A stretch of 64,000 bases of DNA, from the NCBI GenBank assembly GCA_964016885.1, contig OZ024744.1:128340001-128404000 (forward strand). The letters are read 5' to 3'. Shown here in pieces: positions 49,401 through 61,400 of this stretch (the first letter of the stretch is position 1; every line of letters begins with the position of its first letter). Position numbers and translations under genes: made by a program. The notes beneath the pieces are model-generated. The model did no database searches and was not told the DNA's origin. It saw nothing but the letters and a program-made list of their open reading frames with translations. This DNA comes from Eledone cirrhosa. Its lineage: Eukaryota.

Positions 49401-52400
49401 GTTAAGTTGGGGTTAAGTTAAGTTGGGGTTAATTTAAGTTGGGGTTAAGATAAGTTGGGGTTAAGATAAGTTGGGGTTAAGTTAAGTTGGGGTTAAGTTA
49501 AGTTGGGGTTGAGTTAATTTGGGGTTAAGTTAAGTTGGGGTTAACTTAAGTTTGGGTTAAGTTAAGTTGGGGTTAAGTTAAGTTGGGGGTAAGTTAAGTT
49601 GGGGGCAAGTTGAGTTGGGGTTAAGTTAAGTTGGGTTTAAGTTAAGTTGGGGCTAAGTTAAGTTGGGGCTAAGTTAAGTTGGGGCTGAGTTAAGTTGGGG
49701 TTAAGTTAAGTTGGGGTTGAGTTAAGTTGGGGTTAACTTAAGTTGGGGTTAAGTTGGGGTTAAGTTAAGTTGGGGTTAAATTAAGTTGGGGGTTAGTTAA
49801 GTTGGGGCAAGTTAAGTTGGGGTTAATTTAAGTTGGGGTTAATTTAAGTTGGGGTTATGTTAAGTTGGGGTTAAGTTAAGTTGGGGTTAAGTTAAGTTGG
49901 GGGTAAGTTAAGTTGGGGTTAAGTTAAGTTGGGGGTAAGTTAAGTTGAGGGTAAGTTAAGTTGGGGTTAAGTCAAGTTGGGGTTAAGTTAAGTTGGGGTT
50001 AAGTTAAGTTGGGGTTGAGTTAAGTTGGGGTTGAGTTAAGTTGGGGTTAAGTTAAGTTGGGTGTAAGTTAAGTTGGGGTTAAGTTAAGTTGGGGTTAAGT
50101 TAAGTTGGGGTTAAGTTAAGTTGGGGGTAAGTTAAGTTGGGGGCAAGTTAAGTTGGGGTTAAGTTAAGTTGGGGTTAATTTAAGTTGGGGTTAAGTTAAG
50201 TTGCGGTTAAGTTAAGTTGGGGTTAAGTTAAGTTGGGGTTAAGTTAAGTTGGGGGTGAGTTAAGTTGGGGTTAAGTTAAGTTGGGGTTAAATTAAGTTGA
50301 GGTTAAGTTAATTTGGGGTTAAGTTAAGTTGGGGTTAAGTTAAGTTGGGGGTAAGATAAGTTGGAGCTAAGTTAAGTTGGGGCTAAGTCAAGTTGGGGTT
50401 AAGTCAAGTTGAGGTTAACTTAAGTTGGGGTTAAGTTAAGTTGGGGTTAAGGTAAGTTGGGGTTAAGTTAATATGGGGTTAAGTTAAGTTGGGGTTAAGT
50501 TAAGTTGGGGTTAAGTTAAGTTAGGGTTAATTTCATTGGGGTTATGTTAAGTTGGGGTTAAGTTAAGTTGGGGTTAAGTTAAGTTGAGGTTAAGTTAAGT
50601 TGGAGTTAAGTTAAGTTGGGGGTAAGTTAAGTTGAGGGTAAGTTAAGTTGGGGTTAAGTCAAGTTGGGGTTAAGTTAAGTTGGGGTTAAGTTAAGTTGGG
50701 GTTCAGTTAAGTTGGGGTTGAGTTAAGTTGGGGTTGAGTTAAGTTGGGGTTAAGTTAAGGTGGGGGTAAGTTAAGTTGGGGGTAAGTTAAGTTGGGGCTA
50801 AGTTAAGTTGGGGCTAAGTTAAGTTGGGGCTGAGTTAAGTTGGGGTTCAGTTAAGTTGGGGTTGAGTTAAGTTGGGGTTAATTTAAGTTGGGGTTTAGTT
50901 AAGTTGGGGTTATGTTAAGTTGGGGTTAAGTTAAGTTGGGGTTAAGTTAAGTTGGGGGTAAGTTAAGTTGGGGTTAAGTTAAGTTGGGGGTAAGTTAAGT
51001 TGAGGGTAAGTTAAGTTGGGGTTAAGTCAAGTTGGGGTTAAGTTAAGTTGGGGTTAAGTTAAGTTGGGGTTCAGTTAAGTAGGGGTTGAGTTAAGTTGGG
51101 GTTGAGTTAAGTTGGGGTTAAGTTAAGTTGGGTGTAAGTTAAGTTGGGGTTAAGTTAAGTTGGGGTTAAGTTAAGTTGGGGTTAAGTTAAGTTGGGGGTA
51201 AGTTAAGTTGGGGGCAAGTTAAGTTGGGGTTAAGTTAAGTTGGGGTTAAGTTAACTTGGGGTTAAGTTAAGTTGGGGTTAAGTTAAGTTGGGGTTAAGTT
51301 AAGTTGGGGTTAAGTTAAGTTGGGGTTAAGTTAAGTTGGGGGTAAGTTAAGTTGGGGTTAAGTTAAGTTGGGGTTAAATTAAGTTGAGGTTAAGTTAATT
51401 TGGGGTTAAGTTAAGTTGGGGTTAAGTTAAGTTGGGGGTAAGATAAGTCGGGGCTAAGTTAAGTTGGGGCTAAGTCAAGTTGGGGTTAAGTCAAGTTGAG
51501 GTTAACTTAAGTTGGGGTTAAGTTAAGTTGGGGTTAAGTTAAGTTGGGGTTAAGGTAAGTTGGGGTTAAGTTAAGTTGGGGTTAAGTTAAGTTGGGGTTA
51601 AGTTAAGTTGGGGTTAAGTTAAGTTAGGGTTAATTTCAGTTGGGGTTATGTTAAGTTGGGGTTAAGTTAAGTTGGGGTTAAGTTAAGTTGGGGTTAAGTT
51701 GGGGTTAAGTTAAGTTGGGGTTAAGTTAAGTTGGGGGTAAGTTAAGTTGGGGGCAAGTTAAGTTGGGGTTAATTTAAGTTGGGGTTAAGTTAACTTGGGG
51801 TTATGTTAAGTTGGGGTTAAGTTAAGTTGGGGTTAAGTTAAGTTGGGGGTAACTTAAGTTGGGGTTAAGTTAAGTTGAGGGTAAGTTAAGTTGAGGGTAA
51901 GTTAAATTGAGGTTAAGTTAAGTTGGGGTTAAGTTAAGTTGGGGGTAAGTTAAGTTGGGGGTAAGTTAAGTTGGGGTTAAGTTAAGATGGGGTTAAATTA
52001 AGTTGAGGTTAAGTTAATTAGGGTTAAGTTAAGTTGGGGTTAAGTTAAGTTGGGGGTAATATAAGTTGGGGTTGAGTTAATTTGGGGTTAAGTTAAGTTG
52101 GGGTTAACTTAAGTTGGGGTTAAGTTAAGTTGGGGTTAAGTTAAGTTGGGTGTAAGTTAAGTTGGGGGCAAGTTGAGTTGGGGTTAAGTTAAGTTGGGGT
52201 TAAGTTAAGGTGGGGGTAAGTTAAGTTGGGGGTAAGTTAAGTTGGGGCTAAGTTAAGTTGGGGCTAAGTTAAGTTGGGGCTGAGTTAAGTTGGGGTTAAG
52301 TTAAGTTGGGGTTGAGTTAAGTTGGGGTTAACTTAAGTTGGGGTTAAGTTGGGGTTAAGTTAAGTCGGGGTTAATTAAGTTGGGGGTTAGTTAAGTTGGG

Positions 52401-55400
52401 GCAAGTTAAGTTGGGGTTGAGTTAAGTTGGGGTTAAATTAAGTTGGGGTTATGTTAAGTTGGGGTTAAGTTAAGTTGGGGTTAAGTTAAGTTGGGGTTGA
52501 GTTAAGTTGGGGTTAAATTAAGTTGGGGTTATGTTAAGTTGGGGTTAAGTTAAGTTGTGGTTAAGTTAAGTTGGGGGTAAGTTAAGTTGGGGTTAAGTTA
52601 AGTTGGGGGTAAGTTAAGTTGAGGGTAAGTTAAGTTGGGGTTAAGTCAAGTTGGGGTTAAGTTAAGTTGGGGTTAAGTTAAGTTGGGGTTCAGTTAAGTT
52701 GGGGTTGAGTTAAGTTGGGGTTAAGTTAAGTTGGGTGTAAGTTAAGTTGGGGTTAAGTTAAGTTGGGGTTAAGTTAAGTTGGGGTTAAGTTAAGTTGGGG
52801 GTAAGTTAAGTTGGGGGCAAGTTAAGTTGGGGTTAAGTTAAGTTGGGGTTAAGTTAACTTGGGGTTAAGTTAAGTTGGGGTTAAGTTAAGTTGGGGTTAA
52901 GTTAAGTTGGGGTTAAGTTAAGTTGGGGTTAAGTTAAGTTGGGGGTACGTTAAGTTGGGGTTAAGTTAAGTTGGGGTTAAATTAAGTTGAGGTTAAGTTA
53001 ATTTGGGGTTAAGTTAAGTTGGGGTTAAGTTAAGTTGCGGGTAAGATAAGTTGGGGCTAAGTTAAGTTGGGGCTAAGTCAAGTTGGGGTTAAGTCAAGTG
53101 GAGGTTAACTTAAGTTGGGGTTAAGTTAAGTTGGGGTTAAGTTAAGTTGGGGTTAAGGTAAGTTGGGGTTAAGTTAAGTTGGGGTTAAGTTAAGTTGGGG
53201 TTAAGTTAAGTTGGGGTTAAGTTAAGTTAGGGTTAATTTCAGTTGGGGTTATGTTAAGTTGGGGTTAAGTTAAGTTGGGGTTAAGTTAAGTTGGGGTTAA
53301 GTTGGGGTTAAGTTAAGTTGGGGTTAAGTTAAGTTGGGGGTAAGTTAAGTTGGGGGCAAGTTAAGTTGGGGTTAATTTAAGTTGGGGTTAAGTTAACTTG
53401 GGGTTATGTTAAGTTGGGGTTAAGTTAAGTTGGGGTTAAGTTAAGTTGGGGGTAACTTAAGTTGGGGTTAAGTTAAGTTGAGGGTAAGTTAAGTTGAGGG
53501 TAAGTTAAATTGAGGTTAAGTTAAGTTGGGGTTAAGTTAAGTTGGGGGTAAGTTAAGTTGGGGGTAAGTTAAGTTGGGGTTAAGTTAAGATGGGGTTAAA
53601 TTAAGTTGAGGTTAAGTTAATTTGGGGTTAAGTTAAGTTGGGGTTAAGTTAAGTTGGGGGTAAGATAAGTTGGGGCTAAGTTAAGTTGGGGCTAAGTCAA
53701 GTTGGGGTTAAGTCAAGTTGAGGTTAACTTAAGTTGGGGTTAAGTTAAGTTGGGGTTAAGTTAAGTTGGGGTTAAGGTAAGTTGGGGTTAAGTTAAGTTG
53801 GGGCTAAGTTAAGTTGGGGCTAAGTTAAGTTGGGGCTGAGTTAAGTTGGGGTTAAGTTGGGGTTCAGTTAAGTTGGGGTTAAGTTAAGTTGGGAGTAAGT
53901 TAAGTTGGGGTTAAGTTAAGTTCGGGTTGAGTTAAGTTGGGGTTAAGTTAAGTTGGGGTTAATTTAAGTTGGGGTTAAGTTAAGTTGGGGTTAAGATAAG
54001 TTGGGGTTAAGTTAAGTTGGGGTTAAGTTAAGTTGGGGTTGAGTTAATTTGGGGTTAAGTTAAGTTGGGGTTAACTTAAGTTGGGGTTAAGTTAAGTTGG
54101 GGTTAAGTTAAGTTGGGGGTAAGTTAAGTTGGGGGCAAGTTGAGTTGGGGTTAAGTTAAGTTGGGTTTAAGTTAAGTTGGGGCTAAGTTAAGTTGGGGCT
54201 AAGTTAAGTTGGGGCTGAGTTAAGTTGGGGTTAAGTTAAGTTGGGGTTGAGTTAAGTTGGGGTTAACTTAAGTTGGGGTTAAGTTGGGGTTAAGTTAAGT
54301 GGGGGTTAAATTAAGTTGGGGGTTAGTTAAGTTGGGGCAAGTTAAGTTGGGGTTAATTTAAGTTGGGGTTAATTTAAGTTGGGGTTATGTTAAGGTGGGG
54401 TTAAGTTAAGTTGGGGTTAAGTTAAGTTGGGGGTAAGTTAAGTTGGGGTTAAGTTAAGTTGGGGGTAAGTTAAGTTGAGGGTAAGTTAAGTTGGGGTTAA
54501 GTCAAGTTGGGGTTAAGTTAAGTTGGGGTTAAGTTAAGTTGGGGTTGAGTTAAGTTGGGGTTGAGTTAAGTTGGGGTTAAGTTAAGTTGGGTGTAAGTTA
54601 AGTTGGGGTTAAGTTAAGTTGGGGTTAAGTTAAGTTGGGGTTAAGTTAAGTTGGGGGTAAGTTAAGTTGGGGGCAAGTTAAGTTGGGGTTAAGTTAAGTT
54701 GGGGTTAATTTAAGTTGGGGTTAAGTTAAGTTGCGGTTAAGTTAAGTTGGGGTTAAGTTAAGTTGGGGTTAAGTTAAGTTGGGGGTGAGTTAAGTTGGGG
54801 TTAAGTTAAGTTGGGGTTAAATTAAGTTGAGGTTAAGTTAATTTGGGGTTAAGTTAAGTTGGGGTTAAGTTAAGTTGGGGGTAAGATAAGTTGGGGCTAA
54901 GTTAAGTTGGGGCTAAGTCAAGTTGGGGTTAAGTCAAGTTGAGGTTAACTTAAGTTGGGGTTAAGTTAAGTTGGGGTTAAGGTAAGTTGGGGTTAAGTTA
55001 AGTTGGGGTTAAGTTAAGTTGGGGTTAAGTTAAGTTGGGGTTAAGTTAAGTTTGGGTTAATTTCATTGGGGTTATGTTAAGTTGGGGTTAAGTTAAGTTG
55101 GGGTTAAGTTAAGTTGAGGTTAAGTTAAGTTGGAGTTAAGTTAAGTTGGGGTTAAGCTAAGTTGGGGTTAAGTTAATTTGCGGTTAAGTTAGGTTGTGGG
55201 TTAAGTTAAGTTGGGGTTAAGTTAAGCTGGGGTTAAGTTAGGGTAAGTTAAGTTGGGGGTAAGTTAAGTTGGGGTTAAGTTAAGTTGGGGTTAAGTTAGG
55301 TTGGGGTTAAGTTAAGTTGGGGTTAAGGTAAGTTGGGGTTGAGTTAAGTTGGGGTTGAGTTAAGTTGGGGTTAAGTTAAGTTGGGGTTAAGTTAAGTTGG

Positions 55401-58400
55401 GGTTAAGTTAAGTTGGGGTTAATTTAAGTTGGGGTTAAGTTAAGTTGTGGGTAAGTTAAGTTGGGGGCAAGTTAAGTTGGGGTTAAGTTAAGTTGGGGTT
55501 AAGTTAAGTTGGTGTTAAGTTAAGTTGGGGTTAAGTTAAGTTGGGGTTAAGTTAAGTTGGGGTTAAGTTAAGTTAGGGTTAATTTCAGTTGGGGTTATGT
55601 TAATTTGGGGTTAAGTTAAGTTGGGGTTAAGTTAAAGTTGGGGTTAAGTTAAGTTGGGGTAAAGTTAAGTTAGGGTTAAGTTAAGTTGGGGTTAAGTTAA
55701 GTTGGGGTTAAATTAAGTTGGGGTTCAGTTAAGTTGGGGTTAAATTAAGTTGGGGTTAAGTTAAGTTGGGGTTAGTTAAGTTGGGGTTAAGTTAAGTTGG
55801 GGTTAAGTTAAGTTGGGGTTAAGTTAAGTTGGGGTTAAGTTAAGTTGGCGTTAAGTTAAGTTGGGGTTAAGTTAAGTTGGGGTTAAGTTAAGTTGGGGTT
55901 AATTTAAGTTGGGGTTAAGTTAAGTTGGGGTTAAGTTAAGTTGGAGTTAAGTCAAGTTGGGGTTAAGTCAAGTTGGGGTTAAGTCAAGTTGGGGTTAAGT
56001 CAAGTTGGGGTTAAGTTAAGTTGGGGTTAAGTTAAGTTGGGGTTAAGTTAAGTTGGGGTTAAGTTAAGTTGGAGTTAAGTTAACTTGGAGTTAAGTTAAG
56101 TTGGGGTTAAGCTAAGTTGGGGTTCAGTTAAGTTGGGGTTAAGTTAATTTGGGGCTGAGTTAAGTTGGGGTTAAGTTAAGTTCGGGTTGAGTTAAGTTGG
56201 GGTTAAGTTAAGTTGGGGTTAAGTTAAGTTGGGGTTAAGTTAAGTTGGGGTTAAGATAAGTTGGGGTTAAGTTAAGTTGGCGTTAATTTCAGTTGGGGTT
56301 GAGTTAATTTGGGTTTAAGTTAAGTTGGGCTAAACTTAAGTTGGGGTTAAGTTGGGGTTAAGTTAAGTTGGGGTTAAGTTAAGTTGGGGGTAAGTTAAGT
56401 TGGGGGCAAGTTAAGTTGGGGTTAATTTAAGTTGGGGTTAAGTTAAGTTGGGGTTAAGTTAAGTTGGGGGTAACTTAAGTTGGGGTTAAGTTAAGTTGAG
56501 GGTAAGTTAAGTTGAGGGTAAGTTAAATTGAGGTTAAGTTAAGTTGGGGTTAAGTTAAGTTGGGGGTAAGTTAAGTTGGGGGTAAATTAAGTTGGGGTTA
56601 AGTTAAGTTGGGGCTAAGTCAAGTTGGGGTTAAGTCAAGTTGAGGTTAACTTAAGTTGGGGTTAAGTTAAGTTGGGGTTAAGTTAAGTTGGGGTTAAGGT
56701 AAGTTGGGGTTAAGTTAAGTTGGGGCTAAGTTAAGTTGGGGCTAAGTTAAGTTGGGGCTGAGTTAAGTTGGGGTTAAGTTGGGGTTGAGTTAAGTTGGGG
56801 TTAAGTTAAGTTGGGATTAAGTTAAGTTGGGGTTAAGTTAAGTTCGGGTTGAGTTAAGTTGGGGTTAAGTTAAGTTGGGGTTAATTTAAGTTGGGGTTAA
56901 GTTAAGTTGGGGTTAAGATAAGTTGGGGTTAAGTTAAGTTGGGGTTAAGTTAAGTTGGGGTTGAGTTAATTTGGGGTTAAGTTAAGTTGGGGTTAACTTA
57001 AGTTGGGGTTAAGTTAAGTTGGGGTTAAGTTAAGTTGGGGGTAAGTTAAGTTGGGGGCAAGTTGAGTTGGGGTTAAGTTAAGTTGGGGTTAAGTTAAGGT
57101 GGGGGTAAGTTAAGTTGGGGGTAAGTTAAGTTGGGGCTAAGTTAAGATGGGGCTAAGTTAAGTTGGGGCTGAGTTAAGTTGGGGTTAAGTTAAGTTGGGG
57201 TTGAGTTAAGTTGGGGTTAACTTAAGTTGGGGTTAAGTTGGGGTTAAGTTAAGTTGGGGTTAAATTAAGTTGGGGGTTAGTTAAGTTGGGGCAAGTTAAG
57301 TTGGGGTTAATTTAAGTTGGGGTTAAGTTAAGTTGGGGTTATGTTAAGTTGGGGTTAAGTTAAGTTGGGGTTAAGTTAAGTTGGGGGTAAGTTAAGTTGG
57401 GGTTAAGTTAAGTTGGGGGTAAGTTAAGTTGAGGGTAAGTTAAGTTGGGGTTAAGTCAAGTTGGGGTTAAGTTAAGTTGGGGTTAAGTTAAGTTGGGGTT
57501 CAGTTAAGTTGGGGTTGAGTTAAGTTGGGGTTGAGTTAAGTTGGGGTTAAGTTAAGTTGGGTGTAAGTTAAGTTGGGGTTAAGTTAAGTTGGGGTTAAGT
57601 TAAGTTGGGGTTAAGTTAAGTTGGGGGTAAGTTAAGTTGGGGGCAAGTTAAGTTGGGGTTATGTTAAGTTGGGGTTGAGTTAACTTGGGGTTAAGTTAAG
57701 TTGGGGTTAAGTTAAGTTGGGGTTAAGTTAAGTTGGGGTTAAGTTAAGTTGGGGTTAAGTTAAGTTGGGGGTAAGTTAAGTTGGGGTTAAGTTAAGTTGG
57801 GGTTAAATTAAGTTGAGGTTAAGTTAATTTGGGGTTAAGTTAAGTTGGGGTTAAGTTAAGTTGGGGGTAAGATAAGTTGGGGCTAAGTTAAGTTGGGGCT
57901 AAGTCAAGTTGGGGTTAAGTTAAGTTGGGGTTAAGTTAAGTTGGGGTTAAGTTAAGTTAGGGTTAATTTCAGTTGGGGTTATGTTAAGTTGGGGTTAAGT
58001 TAAGTTGGGGTTAAGTTAAGTTGGGGTTAAGTTGGGGTTAAGTTAAGTTGGGGTTAAGTTAAGTTGGGGGTAAGTTAAGTTGGGGGCAAGTTAAGTTGGG
58101 GTTAATTTAAGTTGGGGTTAAGTTAACTTGGGGTTATGTTAAGTTGGGGTTAAGTTAAGTTGGGGTTAAGTTAAGTTGGGGGTAACTTAAGTTGGGGTTA
58201 AGTTAAGTTGAGGGTAAGTTAAGTTGAGGGTAAGTTAAATTGAGGTTAAGTTAAGTTGGGGTTAAGTTAAGTTGGGGGTAAGTTAAGTTGGGGGTAAGTT
58301 AAGTTGGGGTTAAGTTAAGATGGGGTTAAATTAAGTTGAGATTAAGTTAGTTAGGGTTAAGTTAAGTTGGGGTTAAGTTAAGTTGGGGGTAATATAAGTT

Positions 58401-61400
58401 GGGGTTGAGTTAATTTGGGGTTAAGTTAAGTTGGGGTTAACTTAAGTTGGGGTTAAGTTAAGTTGGGGTTAAGTTAAGTTGGGTGTAAGTTAAGTTGGGG
58501 GCAAGTTGAGTTGGGGTTAAGTTAAGTTGGGGTTAAGTTAAGGTGGGGGTAAGTTAAGTTGGGGGTAAGTTAAGTTGGGGCTAAGTTAAGTTGGGGCTAA
58601 GTTAAGTTGGGGCTGAGTTAAGTTGGGGTTAAGTTAAGTTGGGGTTGAGTTAAGTTGGGGTTAACTTAAGTTGGGGTTAAGTTGGGGTTAAGTTAAGTTG
58701 GGGTTAAATTAAGTTGGGGGTTAGTTAAGTTGGGGCAAGTTAAGTTGGGGTTGAGTTAAGTTGGGGTTAAATTAAGTTGGGGTTATGTTAAGTTGGGGTT
58801 AAGTTAAGTTGGGGTTAAGTTAAGTTGGGGTTGAGTTAAGTTGGGGTTAAATTAAGTTGGGGTTATGTTAAGTTGGGGTTAAGTTAAGTTGGGGTTAAGT
58901 TAAGTTGGGGGTAAGTTAAGTTGGGGTTAAGTTAAGTTGGGGGTAAATTAAGTTGAGGGTAAGTTAAGTTGGGGTTAAGTCAAGTAGGGGTTAAGTTAAG
59001 TTGGGGTTAAGTTAAGTTGGGGTTCAGTTAAGTTGGGGTTGAGTTAAGTTGGGGTTAAGTTAAGTTGGGTGTAAGTTAAGTTGGGGTTAAGTTAAGTTGG
59101 GGTTAAGTTAAGTTGGGGTTAAGTTAAGTTGGGGGTAAGTTAAGTTGGGGGCAAGTTAAGTTGGGGTTAAGTTAAGTTGGGGTTAAGTTAACTTGGGGTT
59201 AAGTTAAGTTGGGGTTAAGTTAAGTTGGGGTTAAGTTAAGTTGGGGTTAAGTTAAGTTGGGGTTAAGTTAAGTTGGGGGTACGTTAAGTTGGGGTTAAGT
59301 TAAGTTGGGGTTAAATTAAGTTGAGGTTAAGTTAATTTGGGGTTAAGTTAAGTTGGGGTTAAGTTAAGTTGCGGGTAAGATAAGTTGGGGCTAAGTTAAG
59401 TTGGGGCTAAGTCAAGTTGGGGTTAAGTCAAGTTGAGGTTAATTTAAGTTGGGGTTAAGTTAAGTTGGGGTTAAGTTAAGTTGGGGTTAAGGTAAGTTGG
59501 GGTTAAGTTAAGTTGGGGTTAAGTTAAGTTGGGGTTAAGTTAAGTTGGGGTTAAGTTAAGTTAGGGTTAATTTCAGTTGGGGTTATGTTAAGTTGGGGTT
59601 AAGTTAAGTTGGGGTTAAGTTAAGTTGGGGTTAAGTTGGGGTTAAGTTAAGTTGGGGTTAAGTTAAGTTGGGGGTAAGTTAAGTTGGGGGCAAGTTAAGT
59701 TGGGGTTAATTTAAGTTGGGGTTAAGTTAACTTGGGGTTATGTTAAGTTGGGGTTAAGTTAAGTTGGGGTTAAGTTAAGTTGGGGGTAACTTAAGTTGGG
59801 GTTAAGTTAAGTTGAGGGTAAGTTAAGTTGAGGGTAAGTTAAATTGAGGTTAAGTTAAGTTGGGGTTAAGTTAAGTTGGGGGTAAGTTAAGTTGGGGGTA
59901 AGTTAAGTTGGGGTTAAGTTAAGATGGGGTTAAATTAAGTTGAGGTTAAGTTAATTTGGGGTTAAGTTAAGTTGGGGTTAAGTTAAGTTGGGGGTAAGAT
60001 AAGTTGGGGCTAAGTTAAGTTGGGGCTAAGTCAAGTTGGGGTTAAGTCAAGTTGAGGTTAACTTAAGTTGGGGTTAAGTTAAGTTGGGGTTAAGTTAAGT
60101 TGGGGTTAAGGTAAGTTGGGGTTAAGTTAAGTTGGGGCTAAGTTAAGTTGGGGCTAAGTTAAGTTGGGGGTACGTTAAGTTGGGGTTAAGTTGGGGTTCA
60201 GTTAAGTTGGGGTTAAGTTAAGTTGGGAGTAAGTTAAGTTGGGGTTAAGTTAAGTTGGGGTTAATTTAAGTTGGGGTTAAGTTAAGTTGGGGTTAAGATA
60301 AGTTGGGGTTAAGTTAAGTTGGGGTTAAGTTAAGTTGGGGTTGAGTTAATTTGGGGTTAAGTTAAGTTGGGGTTAACTTAAGTTGGGGTTAAGTTAAGTT
60401 GGGGTTAAGTTAAGTTGGGGGTAAGTTAAGTTGGGGGGCAAGTTGAGTTGGGGTTAAGTTAAGTTGGGTTTAAGTTAAGTTGGGGCTAAGTTAAGTTGGG
60501 GCTAAGTTAAGTTGGGGCTGAGTTAAGTTGGGGTTAAGTTAAGTTGGGGTTGAGTTAAGTTGGGGTTAAGTTGGGGTTAAGTTAAGTTGGGGTTAAATTA
60601 AGTTGGGGGTTAGTTAAGTTGGGGCAAGTTAAGTTGGGGTTAATTTAAGTTGGGGTTAATTTAAGTTGGGGTTATGTTAAGTTGGGGTTAAGTTAAGTGT
60701 GGGTTAAGTTAAGTTGGGGGTAAGTTAAGTTGGGGTTAAGTTAAGTTGGGGGTAAGTTAAGTTGAGGGTAAGTTAAGTTGGGGTTAACTCAAGTTGGGGT
60801 TAAGTTAAGTTGGGGTTAAGTTAAGTTGGGGTTGAGTTAAGTTGGGGTTGAGTTAAGTTGGGGTTAAGTTAAGTTGGGTGTAAGTTAAGTTGGGGTTAAG
60901 TTAAGTTGGGGTTAAGTTAAGTTGGGGTTAAGTTAAGTTGGGGGTAAGTTAAGTTGGGGGCAAGTTAAGTTGGGGTTAAGTTAAGTTGGGGTTAATTTAA
61001 GTTGGGGTTAAGTTAAGTTGCGGTTAAGTTAAGTTGGGGTTAAGTTAAGTTGGGGTTAAGTTAAGTTGGGGGTGAGTTAAGTTGGGGTTAAGTTAAGTTG
61101 GGGTTAAATTAAGTTGAGGTTAAGTTAATTTGGGGTTAAGTTAAGTTGGGGTTAAGTTAAGTTGGGGGTAAGATAAGTTGGGGCTAAGTTAAGTTGGGGC
61201 TAAGTCAAGTTGGGGTTAAGTCAAGTTGAGGTTAACTTAAGTTGGGGTTAAGTTAAGTTGGGGTTAAGGTAAGTTGAGGTTAAGTTAAGTTGGGGTTAAG
61301 TTAAGTTGGGGTTAAGTTAAGTTGGGGTTAAGTTAAGTTAGGGTTAATTTCAGTTGGGGTTATGTTAAGTTGGGGTTAAGTTAAGTTGGGGTTAAGTTAA

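Noticed and set aside
60421-60445. G6 run (TTGGGGGGCAAG) and nearby singleton variants such as AAGTGTGGG at ~60695
   Set aside because: These are isolated changes in or beside homopolymers, compatible with consensus error or private mutation, and carry no independent signal.
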